Source: Trichoplax adhaerens
Taxonomy: Eukaryota > Animalia > Placozoa
Length of the DNA stretch: 64,000 nt
Assembly (NCBI RefSeq): GCF_000150275.1
Contig: NW_002060952.1
Span: forward strand, 1,912,260 to 1,976,259
Direction: 5' to 3'
Of this stretch, positions 38,701-53,935 are shown in pieces; the first letter of the stretch is position 1, and every line of letters begins with the position of its first letter. The position numbers and the translations under genes were made by a program. The notes beneath the pieces were generated by a model. That model worked only from the letters and a program-made list of their open reading frames with translations, was not told the DNA's origin and searched no databases.

Positions 38701-41700
38701 TTTTGCACAATCATAATTATACAACTTGATTTCATCTAATAGATGAATAGGAAGCTTAATAATAGATTATTTTATCCCTAGGTGGTCGTCTACAAATTAG
38801 CCTACTTATTGATTACTATCACTCGTTTTACTTAATAACAACAAGATGATGACTTATTTCTTGTCAAGCTAAGGCAAACGTCATAACAGCACGTTTGTAA
38901 CGTATGATAAATACATTATGTAATAAAGGTGGAAAGAAATACAATACGACACTTAAATATTGAACGAGCAAAGATAAGCCAACTTATTGACAAATGGTAT
39001 AGTATCTATTGTGTAGGACTATATATGCTAATGGACGATGTCTACCTCAAGATGAAGAACGGGAAGGGATGCAGTAACGGCTATAATAGATTTGTTGGAT
39101 TGAAACAACGAAAATAAAACAAAAAATTTATAAACACGGATGGAAGCTTAATTAATTTTACTATCAAATTAGCATCTACACTTTAAGCTTACAAGATATT
39201 ACTATAACAGACCCTTAATGCTATCGTAACCAATTGTTTCATTATTTGCTAATACGATAATTTAAATAAGATTTTATGATTTAAGCATAATCACAAGCAA
39301 TTTTTGCCAAACATCTGTTCTATTAGGTAGAATAGATTGAAGTTTATAGCAAAGTATATCAATATTTTACGATACTCTTTAAACAGCAACTGAACTAGGT
39401 TAGTTACATATCTAATGACATTAGCAAAATTGCCATGGCGAGATCGCTATTCCATTTTGCCTCAAACTAAGCTTGAATAGGTATGCCGATGTTTCCAAAT
39501 CGAGATATTTCGTTAACAATTTCCTGATTGCCAATAGATGATCTTATTGTCATGTATAAGAGACATAATCTTTGTATAAACCCAATGAGGATAATAAATC
39601 AATTTATACGCAGGAAACGATTTACAAACCGAGTTTACAATGAAACCTAAGCAATGGATCTACAGCTCAGCATCTTATCGGCTGTATACTGTATAGCTGC
39701 AATTCAAACAATTCTGAACATCAGTAGTTCGTCAGAATTTCTCTATTAAAGCATCTCTCTACTCGGATCAATGTTGCAAAATCCGTGCCTCATTAAGTTA
39801 CAACAGAATTTATGCTTTGGCTATGTAAGCATCAATTAGCAATACTTAGAAAAGTTTGCAAGAACACGCCTTTATCTATAGAAATAAATGTAAAAACATG
39901 GCTAATGTTATAATTCAACGATTTCTTAATTATCAAATGACGAAAAAGCTGACTGACGACCACTATTCCAATAGCTGAACCGCTGCAACAGGATAAATTT
40001 TTAACAGACTTTAAATTCAAAGTGTTGCAGTAGAACTAATTTTCAGTAAGAATCAATTTTAAGTTCATCGACAATGCACAGTATTGTACTCCAACATTTT
40101 GGTAGTGATCTACGCGATAAAATTACTCACATCTGAAAATACTATGAATTTAAGCTAATGGTAATAGACTGTTAGTTACCACCTTTAAGAATGATCTACC
40201 CCTCAATATGTTCTTACTTCATCATAATGCTACCTTGAGCTAATTGTAGTTAAATGAAGTTACGTGTCCGGTAATAACAAAATCTCGTTTTATCGATCCA
40301 TGGCTTTTATAGCATACTCTACGTTGTTAGCGCTATGGATGAATTAATTATTAGAATGTCTGAAAGCCTCCAATGCAACGGTATTATCACGACCTATTGC
40401 CTAAGGTGAAATTTAACTAGAATCAACTTCAGAAATAGCCGAAGTATTCTTTGGTCTCAATAAAAATCATTAAGAAGGGTCTACATAATACAGGGCACTG
40501 GCACTATTCAAGTGTTAATAATGTGGCGGTAATTATGATAACGCACTTTCATATCTTGATCAAAGTGCAAAATTAAATATTCTGTAAACCATTAAATCAA
40601 TTTGTAACAAACGTACCGAGCGAAGATAGAAAGGCTTTTTCAATATTCTTTTTTATAAATTTCTATTGAAAAATACCAATCAAGATTGCTAATTAGATCT
40701 ATTATATGCATCTTCATACGGACTAACTGTTCTATCGGATTTGACAGATTATCAATAATCATTTTAGTAATACCCATGATTCCATTGCAATTTATACTGA
40801 AACAGCTTGCACGACCAAAGAAAAGCTTAATGGCCATCTTTTATTTTTGTTATATTAGTATTAATTAACATCTGTGGCCCATACTTTATACGTGAATGCC
40901 ATCATCAAATAATCAAAAATTTAAGCAGAATTTTCTATCAACCCTTGTGGCCTTATCACTGATATACATTAATGAATTCTATTGAAATATTTTTAACAAA
41001 ATTAAGTAAATCCGCCCCTTTCAGACGCTAGTATTCCCTTTGATAGTGAATAAACTCCTCTCATTGTCATATAAAATGATGGATCTCGAAACACATTATT
41101 CAAATTGTGATGCTGATTTCTTTCGGTAAGGAATTACGATGCAATGATGGAGTATCTTTAATGGATATTATGAAGTTAAAATTAATTAAACGGATAAAAG
41201 CAGTATTTTGGCAGACTTAAATTAGAGTAAGAAGTAGCTACTGAGGCGGATGAAAGAAGAATTTATAAGCTTGTTGCAGATGGTTGAAAAGGCTCCAAAG
41301 GCAACGTATATATTACCAAATTATATCATCATACCAAGATAATCTTAAGGATTTTATACTGCAAAATCACTGCACATCCTGATATTACAGCTGTTTATCA
41401 TACTATCTACTGTTTAATACTCCACCTAGCTTTACGTTATATCTAATTATAGTCATCACTCATATCGATCGCTAAGTAGACTTTGAAGAAATTAAGAACT
41501 AGTAAATTGCGATGATTATTGTCATATCAGGGAAGAGCTATCAAGGTTTTGACAGAAAATACTGCATAAAACAAATATCAATCTTTTATTAAATGAAGTT
41601 TTACGGAGTGCAGTGCACGTATTTGATCACCAAGTAGGCTTAATCTAAAGCCAGAAAACATTAACAGCTCAACGCTTAAAAGGTGTCTTCTACTCTAGTT

Positions 41701-44700
41701 AAGAACACTTTACAATCTTACCCAATTCTTTGACTTAAAATGGATTGCTAAACGAAGATATTCCAGAAACCATCAAATTTTTTTGGTGTAGCCTAGCGCT
41801 AATTTATAATCTTTACTTTCCTATTCCCCTATAGATATAACTATCTCCTTTTGCACCACGCTTAAACTACGGTATTTGTTTTATTGAAGTAATCCTTCGA
41901 TTCTAGACCTAGATTTTTTTAATTACTACGATCTCCAATATTATCAGCATTGGTCGACATGATTCGATATAGAGAATATGCCGATATAGGACAACAAGCG
42001 ACGATCCATTAGCTCACTCATGGCCGAGATTGGTCGTAGATCATATTTATTTAAGGATCTATATATATATATATGTTAAAATTTGCCTCAATATTGTCCT
42101 ATTCTATCATCTGTTAAATCCATAATCATATTGTCAAAGATCATTGGCTATATTCATTTAAGTTGGTGCCAAAAGTAATCACAGATCAACATCAACATAT
42201 TGTGGATAAAAGGGCTGATCTAATATTTAAATCTAGATCAAGTGGGTGTCTCTATAATCTATTGTTAATATAGATTAGTACAATGATATACGATAATTAT
42301 TGCAAGAGAGATTATTGCAGTTGCATTCTAGAAATCATTCAGCGATAAATTGGAATTTCATTTATAAGCTATTGTAGAGTTAGATGATTTCTGGCTAATT
42401 CTGAAATAATTCTGTAAGCAATAATTGTACCACAATTAGGTTGAAAAAGAGATTATGATCATCAACATATGATATATAGCAGAAAATTACAAGGCTAATC
42501 AAATATAAGCGATTTCAAATATTGAATTCAATCCTTATATCTTCTATAAGGAATTTTGCAACAGGTTGCAAATGCAATAAATTACGGTAGAAAATTATGT
42601 TAATATCATAATATGAGCATGATAATAGTAGTTATAGAACTCTATCATTCAGAATTAGGTTTTACATTATAGTGACCATTGATGACATTTAATTTGTAAC
42701 CGAATTCTAACAAGAAACGGCGAATTTCCATGTTTCATTGGTGCCAAAGTGCTTATAAATTCATATTGCATAATTTGCCTTATTATGCCTCTTTTGGGTT
42801 GTACCATAAATCTCACAAGTCTATTAACGACAAACTAAATAATTTGTATTCATGCAAATGTTAACACTAATACAGAAATTGCTCTGCCTTCCAATATGAT
42901 GATGTTATCAAACTGAATTTATCAATACTTTATTGGAAAGAGTAAAAGAAACAACTAATAGGATTACCCTTAAAGCAACTAAAGTGATTTTCAAATAAAT
43001 ATTGATGAAACTATTATTTTTGTTAGAGCTGAAATTATCGAATCGATTGGTAATATCTTATTACAATTAAGAGCCCGTAAGATTAAATGTCACTATCGAT
43101 TTATTTTTTATAGTTAAAGTCTAGAATTGTTACTGCATCTTAGACCTATATATCTAAGTTAAGATGATTTAATATCCAATCGGACTGCAAATTAATTTAA
43201 ATTAGCTACTGATTTTAAATTGGTATATACAATTTCGATTTGTAAATAGATGATCAACACTAAGTGCATTGTCTTGACTACTGAATATTAGTAAGATTAA
43301 TACCATACCAAAATGGTATAATAAACTATTTTATCAATAGTACTCAGCATATTGTATTAGTTTTAAACAACATTAACAGGTTGAATGAGAAATAGGTAAG
43401 AAATTAGACTAATTTATTTTTCCTACTTCTTCAATAGATATTCCAGCAACGTATTTCAGATTAACTGGCTTAAAAGTTAGAGAAAACCTTACGTAATCCA
43501 TAATTGTAATGTTTTCATATAAATAAATCCAGTTAAACTTACGCTAATAAAATTTAACGAAGTTATTTTATCTGTTAAGTTATACATATCAATAAAATGG
43601 TATGCGGCTTATCTAAATATAGAACATTTTAATAGCCATATGTTTTCTGTAAAAATGCGCAAGTCATTAGGCAATCAGCAGATTGAGCATTGATATCCAA
43701 TTTTCTCAAATTATTAACATCTTTGAGGATAAGGCACTTCCAATTAACGAATATTCAAGTTCTGATATATACTTAATTTGATATTTTATCTGACTAAGAA
43801 ATTAAAAATCGATACAAGAACATCCATCCTTTTCACCTATTATCAACAGGTAAGCCATGATGTAGCTTTATGTCAAGCCGCTAAATATACTTAAAAGGAA
43901 ATGAATGCTGCAAATTTCTTACTTTCTTCATAATCATAATATCCTTTAAAAAGGAATAATGGAAACTGAGCACTAACATGCCCATGTTCTATGCCTGGCA
44001 TATATATCAATCTAGCTAGTCCAATAGAAGATTATTTCATCATTTGGATCCTTTACAATTTATGTCATTTTAGCTAATTGTAGGAAGTAATAGCGCGGTC
44101 GTAACATATTCAATTGCATTAATATTCATTATCACTTGATTTTTTTACTCTCTCATTGAAAAGAGCTGACGAAAAAATGATTTTTAAGATATTTAAATCA
44201 AAAATTGTAATGAATTCAGCTAATTGTAGTAGCACCGTAGCTGGCTAATAGGATAAGACGGCGCACTTGTACTGTTTCTAGTATAAGACTGGGATTCTCC
44301 AGTTAAGGCCGTATCTGATAGCCAAGCATAGGATTATGTAGGCTGTCTTTAGTTCAAGAGTTAAAGTATAATTATCCAGTTTATCGTATTCGCTTTCAAC
44401 TGTTCTTATAAGGAGAAGAAATTGGAAATCTTTTCCGATAGACGGACGTATCAATAGCGTTGTTATTCATAGCTATTTTTTCGGTCTTTATGTTCATGTA
44501 TCACATTAGGGAAAATTACTCAATCCTGTTAATTCAAATTTTGGGTTAAGTAAGTGAATCTACCGTAATAAGAGGAGGCTATTACTCGGTCATTACAAAG
44601 ATTAACTAAGAGTATAAGCGTATAAGCTAGTTTAATCCATAACTTTTGGTATTCAGATAACTAATTCTTTCTCCTTACTCTTTATGTATTTATCAAATAT

Positions 44701-45528
44701 TTAAGAAAGGAGCATTAAAATATTAAGATGGATATTTCATCTAGGAGTTCAATTAGCTAAACTATACATTGGTTGTCTAATGATTTTTACAGTAGTTCCA
44801 TGATAATCTACTGATATGCACAGTAGTAGAAAATATGTTAATAACGAAAAATATTAGATATTGCTTTTTCGTCAACTTTATATTATCGTAAAAAGAATTT
44901 CTTAAAATAAATTATAGGATACTTATGCTAAAAATCACGTGCAGTATATAGTGTAGATTGATAAATCTCTTCGTAATTTAGACAACTATTGCGCGGCTGA
45001 ACACAAAAATTCTAATTCTTATATCCTAATTAATTGAAAGTTGATTAGAAACAATAGTATAGTTGCTACTGAATACTAATATTAAGGTATCGTACTATTT
45101 CTTCATTAAAAATTGAATTACAGTATGAGTATCAGTTAGATGACAAAATGTAATAATTCCACCAACATTAGTTACTGTACTCAAGCATTAAGGAATCTTA
45201 GAATTTTCTGACATTAAAGGTTTATAAATTAGTATTATAAATTAAAGCTAGCGTTATGACACGATGCATCAGTATATTTGAAACTTTAAGAATTTTTAAT
45301 GCTGTTCATGTAAAGTATTGGATGTTAAAACATGCGAATACGTTGAAGACTTATCGGTTATGAAAATTAACACAGGGTTAACAGCGATATATTTAATTTC
45401 AAAATGGACTCTTAGAAATGGCAAAATCAAGCATTATTCACTTAAGATTTAATATAAATAACTTCACTATCTATTACCGGCTTACTCATCTGTTTAATTT
45501 TTTATGTTGTATGGGAAATTTCAATAGA

Positions 45529-48500
45529 ATGAGTCAATCTAGTGACCATGACAGTAACAAAACAGCAAGCGATGAAAGTAGCACAGATGCGCATCCAAAT
45601 TCTCAAAAAGTACCGATACTTTCGCACCAGGACGAAGTTGACCAAGATAATCCTGAACCAAGGAACCGTTTTGACTTAGACTTTAGGTGGCGCCCAAGTA
45701 TAGAACATGATGAAAACTTTCCCTTCAGTGCTAGCTTTCATGGAATTGAACATATTTATGAAGGAAGATATGGAACTAGAAAAATTCTGTGGATTCTCTT
45801 AGTGGCAGCAACGATGATTGCTTGTTTTGTCTTTATTTTCATCCAAGTAAGGTTTTACATATATGTTAGCTACAATTACAGTGATAAGGCTTGTCTGACA
45901 GATTTAAATAGAAAAAAAGGAGTCATTTTCATAACTAAAATAATCAAGTCACAGTACCAAAGTGTTGTTTACACTTTAAGGCATCATTCCAATATTTATA
46001 GATTTAGCAGTAAAGCCTACAATATATTCCGCAATGATTATCTACAAGCCCAAATCATCGTAAAAATTGCACTTAAATTGATCCCAAGTATAAAATTCTT
46101 AATTTTTAGCATCATAGGATAGTCTTAAACAAAAATTAACTTAAATTAAGTATTAAATATATAAATTTAAAGCAATTTATAGTATTAATGTCGACTACTA
46201 AATCAATTACTATGGTCTACTTCTAGCCGCTACTCCATGATAGCCGTTAAAACTTCATTAACTAGCTTTATAGCCTTACAACTTAGCTATGAGTCTATGG
46301 ATTTACCTGGTTCGTTGTATACTATCTCATTTACGCACCGAACCAATAATACAGTAATAATACATACTCATAAAAGTATCTCTATGTATAAACGAGATAT
46401 TCTAAAGGTGATTTTAAAATTTATCTTAGATTGCTCACTATTCCGCCTTCCATACGACAACAAAGTCAACCTTAGTCTATGAGAAACAGTTGGCATTTCC
46501 AGCAGTAACCATTTGTAATTATAATAGCTTTCGACGCTCTGCTGTAACCGCAAATGATCTAATCCATATGGCTTATCTTGTCAAAGCCTATCGTCTAAAT
46601 CAAGGAGTAGTATCCGATTTTATTGGAGAAAAGGAAAGGCAGAAATTAATCAATTACTGGAAAAAATATGATGCAACTCACGCGAAGAAATTTAATTATC
46701 AATTATTTGTAGAAAGAGTAGGCTACCATGCAAGTCAAATGATTAAATCGTGTCATTTCCGTGGATTGAAATGTGGACCTAAAAATTTTAGCAATGTTCT
46801 GACCAGTTATGGTAATTGTATTACATTTAACGGTCCTAAGCTCGAATCCAATCCGAAGCTGTATCAGAAAAATCCTGGGGCCCATCAAGGACTAGAGTTA
46901 TTAATTAATATCCAAGAATATGAATATACCGGTTCATGGCATTCTGATCGACCAGATATCGGTATTAAATTTGTTATTCATGAAAGACATTACCCGCCTG
47001 ATGTGACCTCGCAAGGTAAAGCTGTTGGCCCTGGTTCTCACGCTTATGCCAGTGTTAAATATAAAACGGTCAGTAAAATGATATTCCCTGTTTCACTTAC
47101 AATAGTAAATGTAAATTTAGTTCAAAATGTCTTTGATTTATTACTTGCTTTTATTTCAAAATTTAACATTACCTTTCAAAATCAAACACATTACTCATCA
47201 ATTTTTGTAGGAGTTCATTGTTCTTGCTATAATAGATAAATTAATTAGCGCGGAGTTCTATAGGTTACGTATTTCCCGGCTTCACTAGATATAAAATTAC
47301 CCCTTTGTACTAAATGTGAAACACAATCTAAAATTTAAATACATTACTCATCGGTAATTCCAATTGCTACTCTATCATATAAAATATTATTTAGTATACC
47401 ATCTTGCTATTTATGTCGCCATGATCAAATAAAGTGTTTATCGTACAATTTGCCCACTATAATTTAGACCAGCTTTTTGATCTCATATAAATGTTCATTA
47501 TTCCTTGATATAGTCTTTGATTCTTTTTCTTCTATACTATATTGCATATAAAATTATTAGATGTATCAATTTCATTCGGTGGATACGAATACCTCTTTCA
47601 ACTAATACTTTGTTTATTACATCACGTTAGTCAATATACAATATAATAAATCGAAATCGTCCCTTTTAATTAATTAGGTAGTGCTCTTATAGCTTTAATC
47701 GTCAAATTTTCAACGATTCTTTCCACTTTATACGAACTGGTTTAACTTTAAAATTTTCTGACTATACAGTTATATTCATTACCTTGTTTGCCTAGACTTC
47801 ATTTCTCCTATCAAATTGTCATATACATAGTTACATGACTTCGATATCGACTTTCAGCTAGCACATTACCACTCTGCTACGTTATATATTATCCATCATT
47901 TAATTTAAAGTAAGATTTATTCTTATAAGAGCTCTGATATTTACTAATATCTTAGATTAGCAACCTACCTTCACCGTACGGTCATTGCGGTAGCAAAAAA
48001 CTAGCCTTCTATAAAAAATATACTTATGCTGGATGCCAAATTAGTTGCAAGACTGAATATGTCCAAAAGAAATGTGGTTGCCGAGCTCCTGACATGCCAG
48101 GTAATTATTTATACAGTTATTACTTTACTTCACTAAATCAGCATACTATCCGTCGCATAATAATACTATAAGACACTATACTATCATTGCCATTAATTAA
48201 GTAAAAGTTGCCGTGTTAAGGGGAAAAGATGTTTATGAATATTACTTCATTAAAGTTATTTCACTTCGACAGGACAAAATATTATTCCAGTTTGCTCACC
48301 ACAAAAGATGATTGAATGCGTTTCGCCTAATTTAGGTAAGATAATCTTTTCAATTTTTAACTAAAAGTAGTTTAAAAAATATCTATAATCGAACTGTGAT
48401 AGCTACTACCGTATAGCATTCAATAGCTGGTATTTCCATCTCATCTTATACTCGTACAGTCTATATGCATGGCCGGTAATGCAATGCTCTAATTGTTATA

Positions 48501-49591
48501 CTTAGCCTTTAAGCATGTATTTTTACTTCTATAACAGAAAAATTGATAACTATTAACGATAAAGTATGTATTTGTCCGATACCGTGCCACATTGTGCATT
48601 TCGATACCACCATCAGCTATGCAAAAATACCCAATCCTCAAATGGCCAAAGATTTAACAGAAAAAATTAACAAGACAGCTTTTCAAATTGAAACGCATGG
48701 TCTTGTTGACCCAGATATTGATCCTACACTTTACATTTCGTAAGTTTAATCCATTTTAAATTAATAATAAAACTAGATATGCTATCTGTAAAAACATTTT
48801 TCATATCTATCTGCCAACAAGCCCCAATCGAAATAACTTTGAATTCGTCGTATCAGGACATCAATTTTAAACCCAGAATTCTTTTTGATACCTTACATCG
48901 CAATTTAGGCAAAATTATATTCTGCTAAATGTCTTCTTCGACGATCTGTATTATGAAAAGACGGTCTCAACTCCAGTTTATACATTTACTTCATTACTAG
49001 GTATGATGTTCGACGCGAACATACATATTTCTAACTTGAATATATAATTTTTGGTTGAAGACGAATGTCAAAGGATTATTTACATACCATACTTGCGCTT
49101 ACATTATTCACTGACAATAGTAATAAAATATTTCATAGCTATCTGAACTTAGTGTATTCTATAGATTATTCATTAATTGCACTATTTTTTTGCTACATAG
49201 GTAATATCGGAGGTCAGTTGGGATTATTTGTAGGTGCTAGTGTTCTTACCCTTGTAGAAATCATTGAGTTTGGATTCTATCGTAGCCGTGGAGCAATCCG
49301 ACGAAGTGATTGGAAGCAAAATTTACGTAAGAGTATTTCTAGAAGTCGAGAAGTGACGGCAACTGAAGAAAAAGAACCACTTTGCAGTGGTAAGATAGAG
49401 ACGAATAAATAGTTTCTACTCTCACTAAAATATCGAAACAAGTGCAATTTCATCAATATCTTACGATGCATTTATTTTAATGATAGCTAATATTCAGCAA
49501 TCAACATCAAGTAGAAAATACATTAACATTATTTTATTTGTCACCTATCTTATTTTTAGTTGAAAATGGCGATACCCAATTATCAAAGTGA
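45529..49591 (+). CDS. DEG/ENaC (ASIC/BASIC-like) sodium channel subunit, ~559 aa; exons 45529-45846, 46430-47068, 47956-48100, 48273-48335, 48538-48739, 48909-49000, 49201-49389, 49560-49591 (alternatively exon 7 reads on to a stop at 49412)
   Basis: Pre-TM1 HG motif (SFHGIEHI), TM1, FPAVTICNYN, YGNCITFN, GLELLINIQ, LPSPYGHC, Cys-rich thumb (CQISC..CGC..C..C..CICPIPC), TM2 LLGNIGGQLGLFVGASVLTLVE with the GAS filter. Splice phases are consistent. Confidence 0.93.
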
Positions 49592-52500
49592 AGTGTTTCA
49601 TTCAAGTAGCTGCCTGTGCGAGCTAAAATAGCTCAAAATTTCATCAGAAAGTTATAAGCTATCATTTACCTATTCTAGATTGGCCCACTCTAACGAAATG
49701 CTACCGGATTTCTTAATTAGGCCATGCGTAAAAGTGTGTAACTGAAGTATCTATGCACCTTTCTATAGTTAATAATAATAATAATTATCTAGTTTTGTTG
49801 GTTCATGTTTGTCGTATAATGGTCAGCTAGTTATTTTATCTAGCCATTTTTAAGAGATTTATTTACCCCTGAGCTATCGATTATTAATAATAGAAAATGT
49901 AATTTGTTTCTTCTCATCGTAATTTAATTGTCTTTACAATAGAATTACGTTAAACTATACGATATGAGATCATATTTACCGCAGCAAATAAAAGATACTG
50001 CATGTAGGTATATTAAAGGATAATTGTAAACACACATACAGTATATTAAATTTTTATTCAATAATTTGCACTATAGCCACAGATTTTGATAGATACCGTT
50101 GTAGTTATGGTATTAAACTGAGACAGATCAATAACAAAATTAATAGTAAATGACAGAAAATTTGGACTAAAATTTCTATAAGAAACACTAAAACATGGCA
50201 CTTAATCTTTCCCAATTATGCTATAAGAGATATTGCTATAAATCTTTCTATATTTTTTGTGATCAATGATTTATCAGAGCTGAATCACATCCGTTTAACT
50301 TTTAAAAATTGAACGATATGATGGAAGCCGCATATCAGCCGAGTTTAATCTGATAAGATCATGATTGCAATTATCTTAGAAACGCTGTAAGCCGAGTAGG
50401 CTATATTTATATCCGCCTTAGAAAGACGATAATTTCGCTAATTAGATAAATTGTTCGTTCATATTTCGCAGCGGAATGCAATATTAAACATTACTTATTA
50501 GACTTAGAAAGTTTGCTGACAGTGGCATCGGCCAGCCTGTATTTTATTCTATAATAATAATCCTGTATTAAGCTTATTAAAATGTTGATAATTATAAATA
50601 CTAAAGAACTTATTTCTTAGTACTCCGATATGAAATTAGCTACAAAACTACCTGCAATAGAGTTTAATATTCGTACCGAATAGTTTTCACGGTGCAGTGC
50701 AAATAGCGGTTTGGAAGTTTTAATAAAAAAATTTGTAGTCAATGCATAGAGTACATGAATACCGATTAAGACTGACATTGTAGGAGAAAGTAATAATTAT
50801 AAGCGTGCATCGAAAAATGAAGGAGCGTAGGGTGCACGATAGCAGAAAACTGAGAGAAATTACTTTTCTGATGTTAGACTTACGATCTGCATGAACGAAT
50901 GATTTTAAGAAAGTACTAATAAAGTTCTTTTTACAAGAGATTGCATTACCAATTTCTACCATACTGTATAGATTAAAATTTACACGACGCCGCAGTTTTG
51001 ATTAAAAGTATAGTAGAAATGCTACTGTTTCATCTTATTGTAGAGTAATTGTCTTCATATTAGTAGATTTATGATCATATCTGTCATTATAAAGCTTAGA
51101 ATAGTCAGACTTAGGATTAACCGCTATAACTTCAATGGTGCAGAACCAGATGCGCTTACATTGATAATGACAAAGTGGATGAACTAGTAGCAAGATCCGA
51201 TGAGCCTTACACTAATTACAATTACCGTAATATCACGATTGAACAAAAGTTAATACGTATTATATTTATCCGTGCTGAGTTTTGCCATATTTTTTTAAGG
51301 GTTATTGTAGCAGTTTCAGCTAATTACAGCAGTGATTGAAGTACCTTAGCATTAAGAAGTAGAACAGTCTACTATGCTGTCACAACCGAGATTTCAGCAC
51401 AAAAATTAACGGGATTCTTTTCTCTAAAGTAGTCTTAACTATCTAAGCAACTCCAAGCACTCTTTAAACTACCAAACTTATATTCGAATCTTAGACGATA
51501 GAATACTCACGGGGGGAATCAAAAATTTATTCTAAAAGCTATTTATTAAAATGACTGATTGAACTCACAGCTTACAATCTACTACTAATAACTGAAAAGC
51601 ATCTGTTATCGACTAACTTATCAACTCCCTCAATTGAGAACTTTGAGGCTTTTATATAGCCTAACAAACTTCATTGGTGCAAAGCAATAATAAATTTATA
51701 GCCAAGCGTTTACATACTGAATATAGCAAGAATCACAACATACTTTCTATGACATTTAATGATAGTTAATCAATCGTTAGGTGCTAACATATGGTTCATT
51801 TTTACTGAACGAAATTATATCATTAATGATGCAATAATTAATTAATTATTACGTATGCTTATAAGGTAATTTCATGATTGCTGATGATAAAACGGTGCAC
51901 TTATGATATTCGTACCATGTGTGTATAAGGTGGCAGTAGTCGGCAATATAAGGTGATGTTTTCGTGTAATGTCTTAATATAACTATTAAATAATATGGAA
52001 TTGTTATCGTGGAGACTAAGTCGATTATCCGGTTTATCTTAACCACTTTTAATTATTATTAAGAAGGAAGAAAAGTGATTTCTTCTTATGTCAACCGTTC
52101 TATTAATAAACGATACATTTAACGTTCAGCATGGCGTTTACCTGATTTTGTGTCGCGTTAGAGGTTTGCTCAATTTTAATAACTAAGATTTTGAGTTAGA
52201 CGGTTGCGAACCTAAAGGGTTGTAAAACCCAATCACTACATGATATATTATAAGTCTTTATTATAATAGAGTGTTCTACAATTGAGTGAAAGCATTAAAC
52301 ATATCTACGTATGCTGGACAATTAATTGCAATAAAAAAGTATGGTTAAGGATAGCATAGTTTAAATTCGCTAAAGTCATGTAATGTGACTGCTGCTGCTG
52401 GCATAACAGTTTACTGCAACCTACGAGATAGGAATAATCAAGCTTGCTGAAACATTCTGATATTCAAAAATGAGATTACTTACGGTACTCACTGATATGT

Positions 52501-53022
52501 GAATAAATAGTATGAGTACTGCATACATAGGTAAACAAGGATTGAAAGAGACACTAGTCATATAACTAAAAAGCTGATTTCTTTAAATATTAAACAAATT
52601 TATAACATTCGCAATACGAGTATTAGTAGTAATTAATCACTACAGACTAATACTCTGAGCAGAATTAAAACAGGTATACACGTAAACAAGTATAAGTATA
52701 TATTTTAATAATAAATGTATACTTATGATAATAGAATTGCGACACTTACTGTATGGTGCATTGGAGTATATATTACAAATTCTGTACTAGTTGCGATACA
52801 ATATAATAATTGATCTTAGAAACCTTAAAATTACATTATTTCTGGGAATTTATGCACTAGTAATAAATTTAATACTTGTATTTTAAATTTCTTTCCCTTT
52901 ATTACCCTTTATTACTAATTATTTCGTGATATATAATATAGCACAAACGTCTATACAAGCACAGTATAACTAAACATATACTAACCTACTATGGTTACAA
53001 GCTGAAACACGATCATTCAACC

Positions 53023-53036
53023 GTTACCATGGTGAC
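53023..53036 (-). promoter_or_regulatory. RFX X-box upstream of EFCAB7
   Basis: GTTACCATGGTGAC; the minus strand GTCACCATGGTAAC is an exact match to GTHNYYATRRNAAC. It lies ~900 bp upstream of the ATG of a ciliary gene. Confidence 0.7.
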
Positions 53037-53935
53037 AAGATGGAAAAGTGCATACTCCTACAAACTAGCAAAGTAAAATCAGATTGTCGGAGATCGTCTT
53101 AGTTTAGACCGACTGGTTTGTTAGCTACTGGAAACGAACGGTACGAAAAGTATTATTCAACTATTACTTCGATGCTACTGAACGTGTATGTAGTCTATAT
53201 TACTAAAACCTTAAGCATATACTTATTGGCGGCCAAATACGTCGTGAACGGTATTTTGTAAAAGCGTTGTTACTCTATTACCTTCTCGGTTGCATATGAT
53301 GAGCTTAATATTTTGCTATTAAGCTTCAGAAGTTCATAATAAAGGCTGAATATACCACTTTAAATAATATTGGTCATCGACATAACTTTAATGTAACTGC
53401 TGTTTAGTACTCTAGCAGATCATTTATTGTTGGATTGGGTACGGTAATTATCTTGTAAATCAGAAATACTTCTTTGACTTAGCAGTTGGTTCCAAATCAA
53501 CGAGGATTAATTTGATTGAAAGCGACAACGTTTACTAATAGTTAAGTATCCTGAAGCCGTAATATCATCGAAGTACCTAAATAAAATTACTATTAATTTA
53601 ACTCTGAACAGGGAAATTATCGTATTCAGGTAACTTATTAAATAAATTTTTATCAGATTCACGCTTTAATTACTAGTTCTAAAGGAACAACATCTCCATA
53701 AGCTAGTTAACTATATAAAATATTAAACATTCCGTACCATTCTTGCTAAACAATTAACCTTCACTTTAGACGTAATAGTAATTTATATCAACTTATCTCT
53801 GTAAACAACCTCATGATTAAAGGAGAAATGTGACTGCGATTCATAGTGCTTAAATTGCCCCCTTTGACTTTCTTAACATTTATTCCGATCGAAAATATTA
53901 TCTTATCAATATTAAAATATCAAGAACTAGCCAGG

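Noticed and set aside
45418-45528. Upstream ATG extension of the ENaC ORF
   Set aside because: AT-rich and intron-like, ending in an acceptor (aatag) just before ATG 45529.
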